From Candidatus Falkowbacteria bacterium (GTDB lineage: Bacteria; Patescibacteriota; Patescibacteriia; Patescibacteriales; UBA12465): a DNA stretch of 64,000 nt. This document shows positions 28,289-37,651 of this stretch, piece by piece. How positions within the stretch are numbered: position 1 is the first letter of the stretch; each line of letters opens with the position of its first letter. A model generated the notes under the pieces. That model ran no database searches, had not been told where the DNA came from, and saw only the letters and a program-made list of their open reading frames with translations. The DNA lies in NCBI GenBank assembly GCA_903847415.1, contig CAINDR010000015.1:33872-97871 (forward strand), written 5' to 3'. The position numbers were made by a program, and so were the translations under genes.

Positions 28289-30289
28289 ATGAATAGTGAA
28301 ATTGCAGTTTTTGCGCAAACAACTTATCGCAACGAATTTAAAAAATTTGGAATTAAAACTGACGATAGACGCCGTCATATGTATTTGATTGGAAAGACGG
28401 GTATGGGAAAATCAACAATCTTAGAGAACATGATTATTGATGATATTCGAGCCGGGAGAGGAGTAGCGGTTGTTGATCCACATGGAGATTTGGCTGAAAA
28501 AGTGATTGAATATATTCCTAGCGAAAGAATTGGTGATGTTGTTTATCTTAATCCTTCCGATATTGATTACCCAATGGCTTTTAACGTGGTTGAGCAAGTT
28601 GATTCCCACCTCCAGCATTTAGTTGCTTCTGGGTTAATTGGTGTTTTTAAAAAACTATGGGCTGATTCTTGGGGGCCACGGTTGGAATATATTTTACGTA
28701 ATGCTATTTTAGCAATTTTAGATTACCCAGGTTCAACTTTAATGGGCGTAGTCCGAATGCTTTCCGATAAAACTTATCGAAAAAAAGTAGTTGCTAGTAT
28801 TAAAGATCCGATGGTTAAATCTTTTTGGGAAAAAGAATTTGCTGGCTACGCAGATAAATTTGCCTCAGAAGCAGTTTCTCCAATTCAGAATAAAGTTGGT
28901 CAATTCTTGTCTAGTTCTTTGATGCGCAACATTATCGGACAAGTCAAATCATCAATCGATGTTCGTAAGATAATGGATGAGGGGAAAATTTTAATCATGA
29001 ATCTTAGTAAAGGCAGAATTGGTGAGGATAACTCTGCATTATTAGGAGCAATGATGATCACAAAAATTCAGCTAGCGGCAATGAGCCGGGTTGATATTCC
29101 CGAAAGCGAACGAAAAGATTTCTATCTCTATATTGATGAATTTCAAAATTTTTCCACTGATAGTTTTGCTAATATTCTTTCGGAAGCTCGAAAATATCGT
29201 CTTAACTTAGTGATGGCTCATCAGTATATTGAACAGCTTGGGGATGTTGTGAAGGCAGCAGTTTTTGGTAACGTTGGCACATTGATTGTTTTCAGAGTTG
29301 GAGCAGCGGATGCTGAAGAGTTGGTCAAAGAGTTTACCCCAACTTTTACCGAAGAAGATATTGTTAATTTGCCAAAATATGAAATGTATTTACGTTTAAT
29401 GATTGATGGCATCACCTCTAATCCTTTTTCTGCCAAAGGCTTAGTACCTTTGCGTGCTGATGAAAAAACTGGTAATACTGAAAAAATTATCAACTATTCT
29501 CGAGAAAAATATTCTGCTCCTCGGGCTTTAGTGGAGGAGAGAATTATGAAATGGCATGAAAGCGAAGATGATGAAAAAGATAAGGAGTTTGGCGAGAGAA
29601 AGGCTTTTCCGAAAAATAATCCTGGTAATTTTTTGCCAAAAAATAACCAGTTTACTTCAAAAACACAAACCTACTCTAACACCCAAGTTTCTAATACTAT
29701 TTCCAATACAGTTTCCAAGACGGATGTAACTGTGAGTCAGACTTCAGCTCCTCAAGCAGTGACACCACCACCAGCCAGCGTTAAACCGGTTTATGAAACT
29801 CTAGCAACACCAATTTTAACAAAGGCACCCCTAAAACCAAACACGCCGATTCAAAGTCAGACAACAAGCAGCAGAATCCCCGCAGGAAAAACATCAACTG
29901 AGTGTAGTAATTGTGGCACAATTACTTTCGTTTCTTTTCAACCAGATGGAATTCGTCCAGTTTATTGTCAAAACTGTTTGATAATTAAAAAAGAAGAAAA
30001 ACGTCAGGAGGCGGAGGCGCGTCAAAAATTGAAACAAGCCGAGTTAGAAAAAATAAAAGAAGTAGAAAAGAAAACTGAAAACTATGTTGATGAAGTTTTT
30101 GAAAGAACTGCTAACCTGCCAGAACCAGTTTCACTTGGTCAGCTTAATGATCTAAAGCCCGTTAATTTTAAGGGCAGAGAGATCAAGGAATCACCAGTCT
30201 CAGCAGTAAAAAATCTTAATTTTAACGATTGCGAGTCTATTGATGAAGGGGAGGAAATAGATTTTTCTCGAATTCCTGGTAGTAATTAA
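28289..30289 (+). CDS. FtsK/HerA/TraD-superfamily P-loop ATPase (T4SS coupling-protein-like) with C-terminal Zn-ribbon
   Basis: YLIGKTGMGKST Walker A and YLYIDEFQNF Walker B. Long S/T/Q/P-rich linker. CSNCG...CQNC zinc ribbon. No TM segments. Confidence 0.5.
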   Translation: MNSEIAVFAQTTYRNEFKKFGIKTDDRRRHMYLIGKTGMGKSTILENMIIDDIRAGRGVAVVDPHGDLAEKVIEYIPSERIGDVVYLNPSDIDYPMAFNVVEQVDSHLQHLVASGLIGVFKKLWADSWGPRLEYILRNAILAILDYPGSTLMGVVRMLSDKTYRKKVVASIKDPMVKSFWEKEFAGYADKFASEAVSPIQNKVGQFLSSSLMRNIIGQVKSSIDVRKIMDEGKILIMNLSKGRIGEDNSALLGAMMITKIQLAAMSRVDIPESERKDFYLYIDEFQNFSTDSFANILSEARKYRLNLVMAHQYIEQLGDVVKAAVFGNVGTLIVFRVGAADAEELVKEFTPTFTEEDIVNLPKYEMYLRLMIDGITSNPFSAKGLVPLRADEKTGNTEKIINYSREKYSAPRALVEERIMKWHESEDDEKDKEFGERKAFPKNNPGNFLPKNNQFTSKTQTYSNTQVSNTISNTVSKTDVTVSQTSAPQAVTPPPASVKPVYETLATPILTKAPLKPNTPIQSQTTSSRIPAGKTSTECSNCGTITFVSFQPDGIRPVYCQNCLIIKKEEKRQEAEARQKLKQAELEKIKEVEKKTENYVDEVFERTANLPEPVSLGQLNDLKPVNFKGREIKESPVSAVKNLNFNDCESIDEGEEIDFSRIPGSN

Positions 30290-30303
30290 AGAAAATTTTT
30301 ATT

Positions 30304-30879
30304 ATGTATTATTTAGTTTTTGATACGGAAACAACCGGATTACCGAAAAATTATAAAGCACCATTAGAAGATTTTGAAAATTGGCCACGTTTAGTTCAAA
30401 TCGCTTGGCAATTTTATGATGGTGACGGTAATCTTTGGGAGGAGGAAAGTCTGATTATTAAACCGGAGGGTTTTTTGATTCCAGAAGAGGTTGCGAAAAT
30501 TCATCGAGTGAGTCAGGAAAGAGCGCTCGAGGAAGGAATTCCTTTGTTAGAAGCTCTTAATAAATTTTCAGAAGCCATTAGTCGAGCTCATTTTTTAGTT
30601 GGTCATAATATTGAATTTGATAACAATATTGTTGGTAGTGAATTTTTACGAAATAAACAAAAGAATCACCTACTAGAAGCACAGAAGATTTGCACTATGA
30701 AATTAGGGGTTAACCTTTGCCGTCTACCGGGACGAAGTGGTTTTAAATGGCCAAATCTTGCGGAGTTGCATCAATTTTTATTTCAAGAAAGTTTTAGTGA
30801 TGCTCACGATGCTTTAATTGATGTTAAAGCTTGTGCTCGTTGTTTTTTTGAAATGAAGCGTCGTGGATTTATTAATTAA
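30304..30879 (+). CDS. DEDDh 3'-5' exonuclease (DnaQ/epsilon-like)
   Basis: Exo I VFDTETTG, Exo II VGHNIEFD, Exo III HDALIDVKA. Confidence 0.7.
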   Translation: MYYLVFDTETTGLPKNYKAPLEDFENWPRLVQIAWQFYDGDGNLWEEESLIIKPEGFLIPEEVAKIHRVSQERALEEGIPLLEALNKFSEAISRAHFLVGHNIEFDNNIVGSEFLRNKQKNHLLEAQKICTMKLGVNLCRLPGRSGFKWPNLAELHQFLFQESFSDAHDALIDVKACARCFFEMKRRGFIN

Positions 30880-30887
30880 TTGTGTCT

Positions 30888-32504
30888 ATGAATTATTTAA
30901 AGATTGGCAAAGCAACGGATCTAACCGGTAAAGATTATCTTTTTTATCGTTTTTTGGAAATGTTACCAGGCTTATTTTCGCTAGTCACTCTTTTTGTTTT
31001 GTTAGTTCTTTCTTACTTTCAGCCGGTTTGGGTGGCTTATTTCATGATTGCCTTTGATGTTTACTGGTTGCTATTAGTAATATATTTAGCAATTTATTTA
31101 TTAGTTTCTTATTTTAAATTAAAAAAAGGCAAGGAAATTAATTGGCAAGAAAAATGCGAGAATCTTTCTTTGGAGAGTAGAAAGAAAGTATTAGACCAAG
31201 AATTAATTAGCAAGATTGAAAATAATGAAAACAGAGAAACAAGTCTTGCTTCAGCTGGTTTGTGTTGGGAGGATTTAATTCAAGTTGTCATTCTTCCAAA
31301 CGCTTTTGAAAGCGCAGAAATTGTCCGGACATGTTTAAATTCTTTGCTAAACGACGGTTTTCCTACCAAGCAAATGATTGTCGTTGTTGCTCTTGAAGCG
31401 AGATGTGGAGATCTTGCCATTGAAAAAGGAAACTTAATGCAAAAAGAATTTGGTGATCGTTTTCGAAATTTTTTAGTAACTTATCATCCAGACGGGATTG
31501 TTGGGGAATTAAAAGGCAAGGGAGCTAATCAGGCTTGGGCAGCAAAACAGGTAAAGAGCCAAATAATTGATCCAGAAGGTCTTGATTCAGCTAAAATTTT
31601 GGTTAGCGTTTTTGATATTGATACAATTTTATCGCCAGGATATTTTTATTGCTTATCTCATAAGTTTTTAACAGTAAATTCTCCTTATCGTTCTAGTTAC
31701 CAACCAATTCCAGTGTTTCATAATAATATTTGGAATGCGCCATTTTTTTCACGAGTTGCCGCTGCTTCAAATACTTTCTGGCAGATGATGATGCAAGTGA
31801 GACAGGAAAGCTTGGTCACTTATTCTTCTCATTCAATGACCTATCGCGCGCTTTTGGATATTGGTTTTTGGTCTACTAATATGGTTAGTGAAGATTCCAG
31901 AATTTTTTGGAATTGTTTGATGTACTATAATGGTGAATATCGAGTGGAACCTCTCTATCATTTAGTTTCAATGGATATTACTGCTGATAAAACAACTAGA
32001 TTAACTGTTCGTAGTTTATATAAACAACAGCGACGTTGGGCTTGGGGAGTGGAAAGCTTGCCTTATTTAATGTTTAATACAATTAAAAATTGGAAAAATT
32101 TAAAAAAGAAGCCAGTTGTTGGCCATATTTTGGTCCAAATTTATGGTTTTCATTCTTGGGCGACAAACGCTTTAATTATTGCGGTGATTGGTTGGATGCC
32201 AATGATTCTTGGTGGTGACCGCTTTAATTCAACAGTATTATCCGGAAACCTTCCAGCTATCTCTTCTTTTTTAATGAACTTAGCGATGATTGGAATGGTT
32301 TTATCCGCAATTATTTCTTCTTTGCTTTTACCAAAAAGACCAAAACAGTATTCAGCTTGGAAAAATATTGCTATGATTCTGGAGTGGGTTTGTGTGCCGA
32401 TTACGATTATTATTTTTGGAGCTATTCCATGTTTGGATGCGCAAATCAAATTATTAAGAGGAAAGTATATGGGATTTTGGATTACTCCAAAAATTAGAAA
32501 TTAA
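30888..32504 (+). CDS. Family 2 processive glycosyltransferase, integral membrane
   Basis: DID (DxD) and QQRRWAWG (QxxRW) motifs characteristic of processive GT2 enzymes. Multiple TM helices at both ends. Confidence 0.55.
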   Translation: MNYLKIGKATDLTGKDYLFYRFLEMLPGLFSLVTLFVLLVLSYFQPVWVAYFMIAFDVYWLLLVIYLAIYLLVSYFKLKKGKEINWQEKCENLSLESRKKVLDQELISKIENNENRETSLASAGLCWEDLIQVVILPNAFESAEIVRTCLNSLLNDGFPTKQMIVVVALEARCGDLAIEKGNLMQKEFGDRFRNFLVTYHPDGIVGELKGKGANQAWAAKQVKSQIIDPEGLDSAKILVSVFDIDTILSPGYFYCLSHKFLTVNSPYRSSYQPIPVFHNNIWNAPFFSRVAAASNTFWQMMMQVRQESLVTYSSHSMTYRALLDIGFWSTNMVSEDSRIFWNCLMYYNGEYRVEPLYHLVSMDITADKTTRLTVRSLYKQQRRWAWGVESLPYLMFNTIKNWKNLKKKPVVGHILVQIYGFHSWATNALIIAVIGWMPMILGGDRFNSTVLSGNLPAISSFLMNLAMIGMVLSAIISSLLLPKRPKQYSAWKNIAMILEWVCVPITIIIFGAIPCLDAQIKLLRGKYMGFWITPKIRN

Positions 32505-32513
32505 TTTTTTTCT

Positions 32514-32870
32514 ATGTCATCGAGTTTAAGACAAAAATTTTATACGTTTTTTTTAATAATTTTAATTATTTTAGTTTGTCTTCCTTTGTTGCGCAATTGG
32601 CGTCAAAAACAAATTATTGAAGATGAAATTCAGAATTTTCGAGAAGAGATTGCTGCGAAAGAAATTAGTAACAAGAAGCTTCGAGAAGCAATTACTTATC
32701 TGGAATCGGATTCTTCTTTGGAGGAAACTGCTCGTCTTAATTTAGGCATGAAAAAACCAGGAGAAAGTGTGGCGGTGATCAAAGAAGAAATTGCCACTTC
32801 TTCTCAATTAATCCAAGAGTTGAAAGTGGAGAGCAATTATCTTAAGTGGTTTAAATATTTTTTTAATTAG
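32514..32870 (+). CDS. Septum formation initiator (FtsB/DivIC-like)
   Basis: 118 aa. N-terminal TM followed by a coiled-coil (EDEIQNFREEIAAKEISNKKLREAITYLESD). Confidence 0.4.
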   Translation: MSSSLRQKFYTFFLIILIILVCLPLLRNWRQKQIIEDEIQNFREEIAAKEISNKKLREAITYLESDSSLEETARLNLGMKKPGESVAVIKEEIATSSQLIQELKVESNYLKWFKYFFN

Positions 32871-32883
32871 TTTTATGGTTGTT

Positions 32884-33882
32884 AATAACTTTTCTCATTT
32901 TATTAATTATTTTTTAAACATCCAAAATTCATATTTTTTGGCATTTTTTTATTTTCTTTTCTTCTTTTTGGTTTTTAAATTAATTAAATCATTTGCTATT
33001 TCCCGCTATCTAGGAGCTATTAAACAAAAAAGTCTTCAGGCCGGTGGTTACACAATTAATTTTGTTCGTTCAATCAAGCCTTGGTTTTATCTCTCTTTAG
33101 CTTTTTGGTTAGCAGCACAAGGATTGACCTTGCCAGTTATCTTGAGTCGCCTTCTTGATTCTTGTTTAGTGATGTCTGTTGCTTTGCAAATTGCTAATAT
33201 TTCTCGGGCCTTAATTAGTCATTTTTTAAAAAAAATAGCTGGTGATCGAGCATTGAAGAATTTTTCTGGTCCAATTTCTTTCTTAGTATTTATTTTGTTT
33301 ATTGTCCTGGGAATCCTTTTTGTTTTAGTTATTTTTGGAGTTGATGTCACTGCTTTAATTGCTGGCTTGGGGTTTGGTGGGGTTGCTATTGCGTTGGCTA
33401 CTCAAAAAATCTTCGGTGATTTATTCAGTGCAATTACTATTTATCTTGATCGACCTTTTGTTCCCGGAGATTTTATTGTTTTTAATAATGAAGGGGGAAG
33501 GGTGGAAAAAATTGGTTGGCGTAGTACTCGGCTACTTGCTGAATCTGGCGAGGAATTGATTATCGCTAACTCCTTGTTGGTTGCTGGAAAGATTAATAAT
33601 TTTAAGAAACAAGAAAAGCGACGAGGAGTTTTAAATTTAAGTTTTTCGTTTTTGAATTCAGAAGAAAAATTAAAATTAGTTAATCAGCTAGTTAGCGAAG
33701 CAGCCAAAGAGTCTAATTTAATTCTTGAAAGGAGTTCTTTTGTGAAGACAGTTAACACTTCTTTAATTTTAGAAATTATTTATTTTGGATCAACTAAACA
33801 AAATGAATATTTTTCTGCCACTGAAGACTTTCTTCTAAAAATTAAGAAAAAATCAGAAGAGGCGTCTATTTTGTTCGCTTAA
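32884..33882 (+). CDS. Mechanosensitive ion channel (MscS family)
   Basis: Pore-lining TM GFGGVAIALATQKIFGDLFSAITIYLDRPFVPGDFI followed by a beta domain. Confidence 0.7.
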   Translation, partial: NNFSHFINYFLNIQNSYFLAFFYFLFFFLVFKLIKSFAISRYLGAIKQKSLQAGGYTINFVRSIKPWFYLSLAFWLAAQGLTLPVILSRLLDSCLVMSVALQIANISRALISHFLKKIAGDRALKNFSGPISFLVFILFIVLGILFVLVIFGVDVTALIAGLGFGGVAIALATQKIFGDLFSAITIYLDRPFVPGDFIVFNNEGGRVEKIGWRSTRLLAESGEELIIANSLLVAGKINNFKKQEKRRGVLNLSFSFLNSEEKLKLVNQLVSEAAKESNLILERSSFVKTVNTSLILEIIYFGSTKQNEYFSATEDFLLKIKKKSEEASILFA

Positions 33883-33885
33883 ATA

Positions 33886-33912
33886 AAAAACGCCCTTACT
33901 CGGGCGTTTTCC
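33886..33912. terminator. Bidirectional rho-independent terminator
   Basis: AACGCCC ttactc GGGCGTT flanked by A-run and T-run. Sits between convergent mscS and tRNA-Thr. Confidence 0.5.
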
Positions 33913-33922
33913 TTCGTTTCTG

Positions 33923-33995
33923 AGCCCCCTACCGGAATTGAACCGACAACCTACGGTTTACGATACCGTTGCTCTACCAATTGAGCTAAAGGGGC
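33923..33995 (-). tRNA. tRNA-Thr (anticodon CGT)
   Basis: Reverse complement GCCCCTT-TA-GCTC-AATTGGTA-GAGC-A-ACGGT-ATCGTAA-ACCGT-AGGTT-GTCGG-TTCAATT-CCGGT-AGGGGGC-T folds as a 73-nt cloverleaf. U33, anticodon CGU, A37. Confidence 0.8.
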
Positions 33996-34047
33996 GAGTA
34001 TTTATCGTTATTGTAATAAACATTCTATAATCAGTCAATTTGTTTTT

Positions 34048-35490
34048 ATGTCTCAAAAAAAATATTTTAGTTCAATTTTTTGTTTAATTTCTATTTTTTT
34101 TACTATTTTTCCAACCTTGCCGGCGTTAGCGGTTGTTGATGGTGGTATTTGGCAAGAAAGTTCTGTGGAATCTGAACCAGTCAATTCTTCTTGGCAGCGA
34201 ATGAGTGCTTGGTATGAAAATAAAACTGCCGAGGGGACTTCTTCGTTAGTTAAAATTAATTATTTTTCGCCAAGTGATAATGTGAAGCAAATTTTTTCTT
34301 TTAATTCCGAAACCAAAAAATGGCAAGCCTGGGCAAGTTTGGATGACCGTAAAAACGGTGTAGTTAGTACCACGGTTAATAACTCAGTTCGGGTTGCTTT
34401 GTTTGTTAAAAATGATTCCTTGGCCTTTGGGACAGCTTCCTGGTATCGCTATAAGAACGGTTTATTCGCGGCTTCTCCGGATTTTCCCAAAGGAACAAAA
34501 TTAAAAGTTACTAATTTAGATAATAGTAAAAGTGTTATTGTGACGGTGAACGATTATGGTCCAGAGAGAAACAAACATCCCGATCGAGCAGTCGACCTTG
34601 ACTTAGTTGCTTTTGAAAAAATTGCCAAAAAAAGTGTTGGCTTGATTAAAGTTAAAGTAGAGCCAGCAGAATTTGCTGTTGTTAGTCCTGGAGAATCAAA
34701 ACCAATTGTTAATCAGGAAAAAAAATCTTCATTGGAAGTAGTGGCTCCCTCGGCCATTTCTATTTGGGAGAAAAGTGGCAAGGTTGTTTATGAAAAAAAT
34801 AAAAACGAAAAATTGCCGATTGCTAGTTTAACTAAAATTGTTGCCGCACGAGTTTTTTTGGATACCAAGATTAGTTTAGATAAGGTGGTGGTTTATAAAA
34901 AAGCGGATGAAGATTTTAATTATCAATATTGTTCACCTTGGGAGTCGGCAAAATTAACTGTTAAAGATGGGGAAACAATGACCGTGAGAGATTTGCTTTA
35001 TTCAGCGTTAGTTGGTTCAGCGAATAATGCCGTTGAGTCATTAGTGAGAGTTAGCGGTTTAAAGCGCGAAGAATTTATTGCTAAAATGAATAGTACTGTG
35101 AAAAAATGGGGGGCAAAAAATACTAATTTTGTGGAACCAACTGGCTTGTCGCCAGAGAATATGAGTTCGGTAAGTGATTATGCTATAATAAGTAAGGAAG
35201 CCTTAAAGGATTTAAATCTGCAAAAAATTGATACTGCTAAAACTTATTCTTTTAAGACAATTAACACTAAAAAAGTTCATAACTTGAAAAATACTAGCAA
35301 GTTATTACAAGATAAAAATTATCAAATTACCGCCTCGAAGACTGGTTATCTTGAGGAAGCTGGACACTGTTTGATGAGTCGAGTAAAAGTGGGTAATGAT
35401 AATTTAATTGTTGTTATTCTGGGAGGGAAAAGTTCGACTTCCAGTCTCGAAGAAACCAAAAAAATTATTGATTACAGCGTTGCCAAATAA
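34048..35490 (+). CDS. Secreted RlpA-like DPBB domain fused to D-Ala-D-Ala carboxypeptidase (peptidase S11, PBP5-like)
   Basis: Signal peptide. DPBB segment ASPDFPKGTKLKVTNLDNSKSVIVTVNDYGPE. SxxK ASLTKI and KTG KTGY motifs. Confidence 0.65.
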   Translation: MSQKKYFSSIFCLISIFFTIFPTLPALAVVDGGIWQESSVESEPVNSSWQRMSAWYENKTAEGTSSLVKINYFSPSDNVKQIFSFNSETKKWQAWASLDDRKNGVVSTTVNNSVRVALFVKNDSLAFGTASWYRYKNGLFAASPDFPKGTKLKVTNLDNSKSVIVTVNDYGPERNKHPDRAVDLDLVAFEKIAKKSVGLIKVKVEPAEFAVVSPGESKPIVNQEKKSSLEVVAPSAISIWEKSGKVVYEKNKNEKLPIASLTKIVAARVFLDTKISLDKVVVYKKADEDFNYQYCSPWESAKLTVKDGETMTVRDLLYSALVGSANNAVESLVRVSGLKREEFIAKMNSTVKKWGAKNTNFVEPTGLSPENMSSVSDYAIISKEALKDLNLQKIDTAKTYSFKTINTKKVHNLKNTSKLLQDKNYQITASKTGYLEEAGHCLMSRVKVGNDNLIVVILGGKSSTSSLEETKKIIDYSVAK

Positions 35491-35507
35491 TCATTATCAT
35501 TATTTTT

Positions 35508-36188
35508 ATGATTCACTTGAAAAATATTTGCAAAACCTATAGTCATCGAACCAAAGTTCTCAGGGATCTTAATTTAAATATTCATCCCGGGGAATTTGTT
35601 TCGATTGTTGGGCAAAGTGGTGCTGGAAAAACCACTTTGGTAAAGATTTTGATTGGTGAAGAAAGAGTGGATAGTGGTCAGGTGGAAATTGGGGGCTGGG
35701 ACATTACCCGTTTGAGTCGCCGAGAAGTTCCTTATTTACGTCGTCAGATCGGAGTAATTTTTCAGGATTTTAAATTGTTACCAAAAAAGACATTAGCTGA
35801 AAACATTGCTTTTGCTTTAGAAGTTTCTGGGGGCACTAATGCCAAAATAAAAAGTATTGTTCCCAGTGTTTTAAAAATAGTTGGCTTAGAGGATAAAGCC
35901 GATCGTTATCCAACGGAAATTTCTGGTGGAGAGGCTCAAAGAGCGGCAATTGCTAGAGCTTTAGTTCATCAACCAAAAATTCTTCTTGCTGATGAGCCAA
36001 CTGGTAATTTGGATACGATTAATGCTGATGAAATTATCGACTTACTTTTAAGAATTAATCGTTTTGGAACCACAGTGATTTTAGTGACTCATAATCGGGA
36101 GATTGTTAATCGCTTGAATCGACGCGTGGTTGCAATGGAGAGGGGAGAGATTATTAGCGATCAAGAACATGGTAAATATGTATTATAA
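35508..36188 (+). CDS. ftsE: Cell division ABC ATPase FtsE
   Basis: 226-aa ABC NBD with Walker A GQSGAGKTT, signature ISGGEAQR and Walker B LLADEPT. Directly upstream of ftsX. Confidence 0.8.
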   Translation: MIHLKNICKTYSHRTKVLRDLNLNIHPGEFVSIVGQSGAGKTTLVKILIGEERVDSGQVEIGGWDITRLSRREVPYLRRQIGVIFQDFKLLPKKTLAENIAFALEVSGGTNAKIKSIVPSVLKIVGLEDKADRYPTEISGGEAQRAAIARALVHQPKILLADEPTGNLDTINADEIIDLLLRINRFGTTVILVTHNREIVNRLNRRVVAMERGEIISDQEHGKYVL

Positions 36189-36194
36189 AATTAT

Positions 36195-37103
36195 ATGAAT
36201 ACTATTTTGCGGATTTTAAAATTTAGTGCTCAGGATATTGCTCGCAATGTTTGGTTGTCTGTGGCGACAATTACTATTTTAGTACTTACTTTGTTTTCGA
36301 TTAATATCATGGCGACAGTCCGAGTGATTTCAGATAATGCAATTGAGGTCATTAAGGGCAAGGTTGATTTTAGTGTTTATTTAAAAAGTGAAGCTGGAGA
36401 AGGAGAAATTCTTGCTTTAAAAACAAAGATTGAAGGATTGAATAATGTGAAGTCGGTTGATTATGTTTCCAAACAACAGGCTTTGCAAAAATTTAGGGAT
36501 AAGAATCAAAACAATCAGCAAGTAATTGAGGCTCTTCGGGAGCTTGGGAAAAATCCCTTATCACCAAGTTTAAATATTTTACCAAACGACACCACCCAAG
36601 CAGCGCAATTGGTTGAAAGTTTAAAACGCTTGGATAGTGATATTATTGAGTCTCGCGATTTTTCTGATAATGCGGCGATTGTGAAAAAAGTTGATTATAT
36701 CACCGGAAAAATAAATGAAGCTGGTCTTTTTGTGATTATTGTTTTTTCTTTGACCAGTCTTTTGGTTATTTATAATACAGTAAAAGTAACTATCTATACT
36801 CATCGCCGGGAGATCGAAATTATGCGCTTAGTCGGCGCTTCTAGATCTTTTATCGTTGCTCCTTTTTTGGTTTCCGCTTTGATCTATACTTTAATTGCGA
36901 TTTTGTTGATTACGAGTATTTTTTTCCCATTTCTCACCCTTTTGCAACCCTATCTGGAGGTCTTTTTTACTGGTTATAATATTAATATTGTTTCTTATTT
37001 TATTAACAATTTTTGGTTTATTTTTGGGGTTGAATTCCTGGCTGCCGCCTTTGCCGCTGCTTCGGCTAGCTTACTGGCGGTTCGAAAATACTCTAAAGTT
37101 TGA
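36195..37103 (+). CDS. ftsX: Cell division permease-like protein FtsX
   Basis: 302 aa. TM1, a periplasmic domain, then three C-terminal TMs. Adjacent to ftsE. Confidence 0.75.
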   Translation: MNTILRILKFSAQDIARNVWLSVATITILVLTLFSINIMATVRVISDNAIEVIKGKVDFSVYLKSEAGEGEILALKTKIEGLNNVKSVDYVSKQQALQKFRDKNQNNQQVIEALRELGKNPLSPSLNILPNDTTQAAQLVESLKRLDSDIIESRDFSDNAAIVKKVDYITGKINEAGLFVIIVFSLTSLLVIYNTVKVTIYTHRREIEIMRLVGASRSFIVAPFLVSALIYTLIAILLITSIFFPFLTLLQPYLEVFFTGYNINIVSYFINNFWFIFGVEFLAAAFAAASASLLAVRKYSKV

Positions 37104-37111
37104 CTTGTGAG

Positions 37112-37141
37112 ACGCTTTTAGTTAAGATTAAAAGCGTTTTT
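37112..37141 (+). terminator. Rho-independent terminator
   Basis: ACGCTTTTA gttaagat TAAAAGCGT followed by TTTT. Confidence 0.55.
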
Positions 37142-37164
37142 AGGGGTGGTATAAATTTAATTAT

Positions 37165-37235
37165 TCGGGGATCGTCTAATGGTAGGACAGCGGCCTTTGA
37201 AGCCGTCGATCATGGTTCGAGTCCATGTCCCCGAG
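37165..37235 (+). tRNA. tRNA-Gln (anticodon TTG)
   Basis: TCGGGGA-TC-GTCT-AATGGTA-GGAC-A-GCGGC-CTTTGAA-GCCGT-CGAT-CATGG-TTCGAGT-CCATG-TCCCCGA-G folds as a cloverleaf. U33, anticodon UUG, discriminator G. Confidence 0.8.
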
Positions 37236-37246
37236 CAGTATTGACA

Positions 37247-37274
37247 AAAAAGTATATCTATGATATACTTTTTT
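37247..37274 (+). terminator. Perfect 11-bp hairpin AAAAGTATATC tat GATATACTTTT flanked by A/T runs (tRNA terminator, overlaps a sigma70-like promoter)
   Basis: Hairpin followed by TTTTT. The same span carries TTGACA (37241-37246), a 17-bp spacer and TATACT (37264-37269) just upstream of the next ORF. Confidence 0.4.
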
Positions 37275-37284
37275 GATAGTTAAA

Positions 37285-37518
37285 ATGATTACTGAACTTT
37301 TAAAACATAAAAAAATGACACAGCAAGAAGAAAATCCGAGATCAATCTTAAGTAGATTGATAAAAGAAGAGTTAATTGCTTCCAGGAGTACAGCACATAA
37401 TGCTGAAGAAAGAGAGGCGGCCGCTTCACAGGCAATTGAGGAATTATTAGAAAAGCATCCTGAACTTTTAGATGAGGTGGATGAAATTCAAAAAAATCGT
37501 ATCAAAAGTCTGAGATAA
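37285..37518 (+). CDS. Hypothetical small acidic protein
   Basis: ATG at 37285 within track ORF 37273-37518. 77 aa. Confidence 0.25.
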   Translation: MITELLKHKKMTQQEENPRSILSRLIKEELIASRSTAHNAEEREAAASQAIEELLEKHPELLDEVDEIQKNRIKSLR

Positions 37519-37603
37519 TAGACCAACGTTTTATAAGCCTAGTACCTTAGAGGAAAAGGCTTTTTTATTTGTCAAAATTGATTCGAATCCCATTCCTATT
37601 ATA

Positions 37604-37640
37604 AATAAAAAAAGGCTGATTTTAAATCAGCCTTTAAACT
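37604..37640. terminator. Bidirectional terminator (12-bp perfect palindrome AAAGGCTGATTT a AAATCAGCCTTT)
   Basis: Between convergent ORFs. A-run upstream, T-run downstream. Confidence 0.55.
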
Positions 37641-37651
37641 TTTTCTTATTT

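Noticed and set aside
37247-37274. Dedicated sigma70 promoter (TTGACA-17-TATACT) for the 37285 ORF.
   Set aside because: The same sequence forms a perfect 11-bp hairpin followed by T5 directly after tRNA-Gln, so it is at least as likely a tRNA terminator. It is kept as an ambiguous feature rather than a promoter call.
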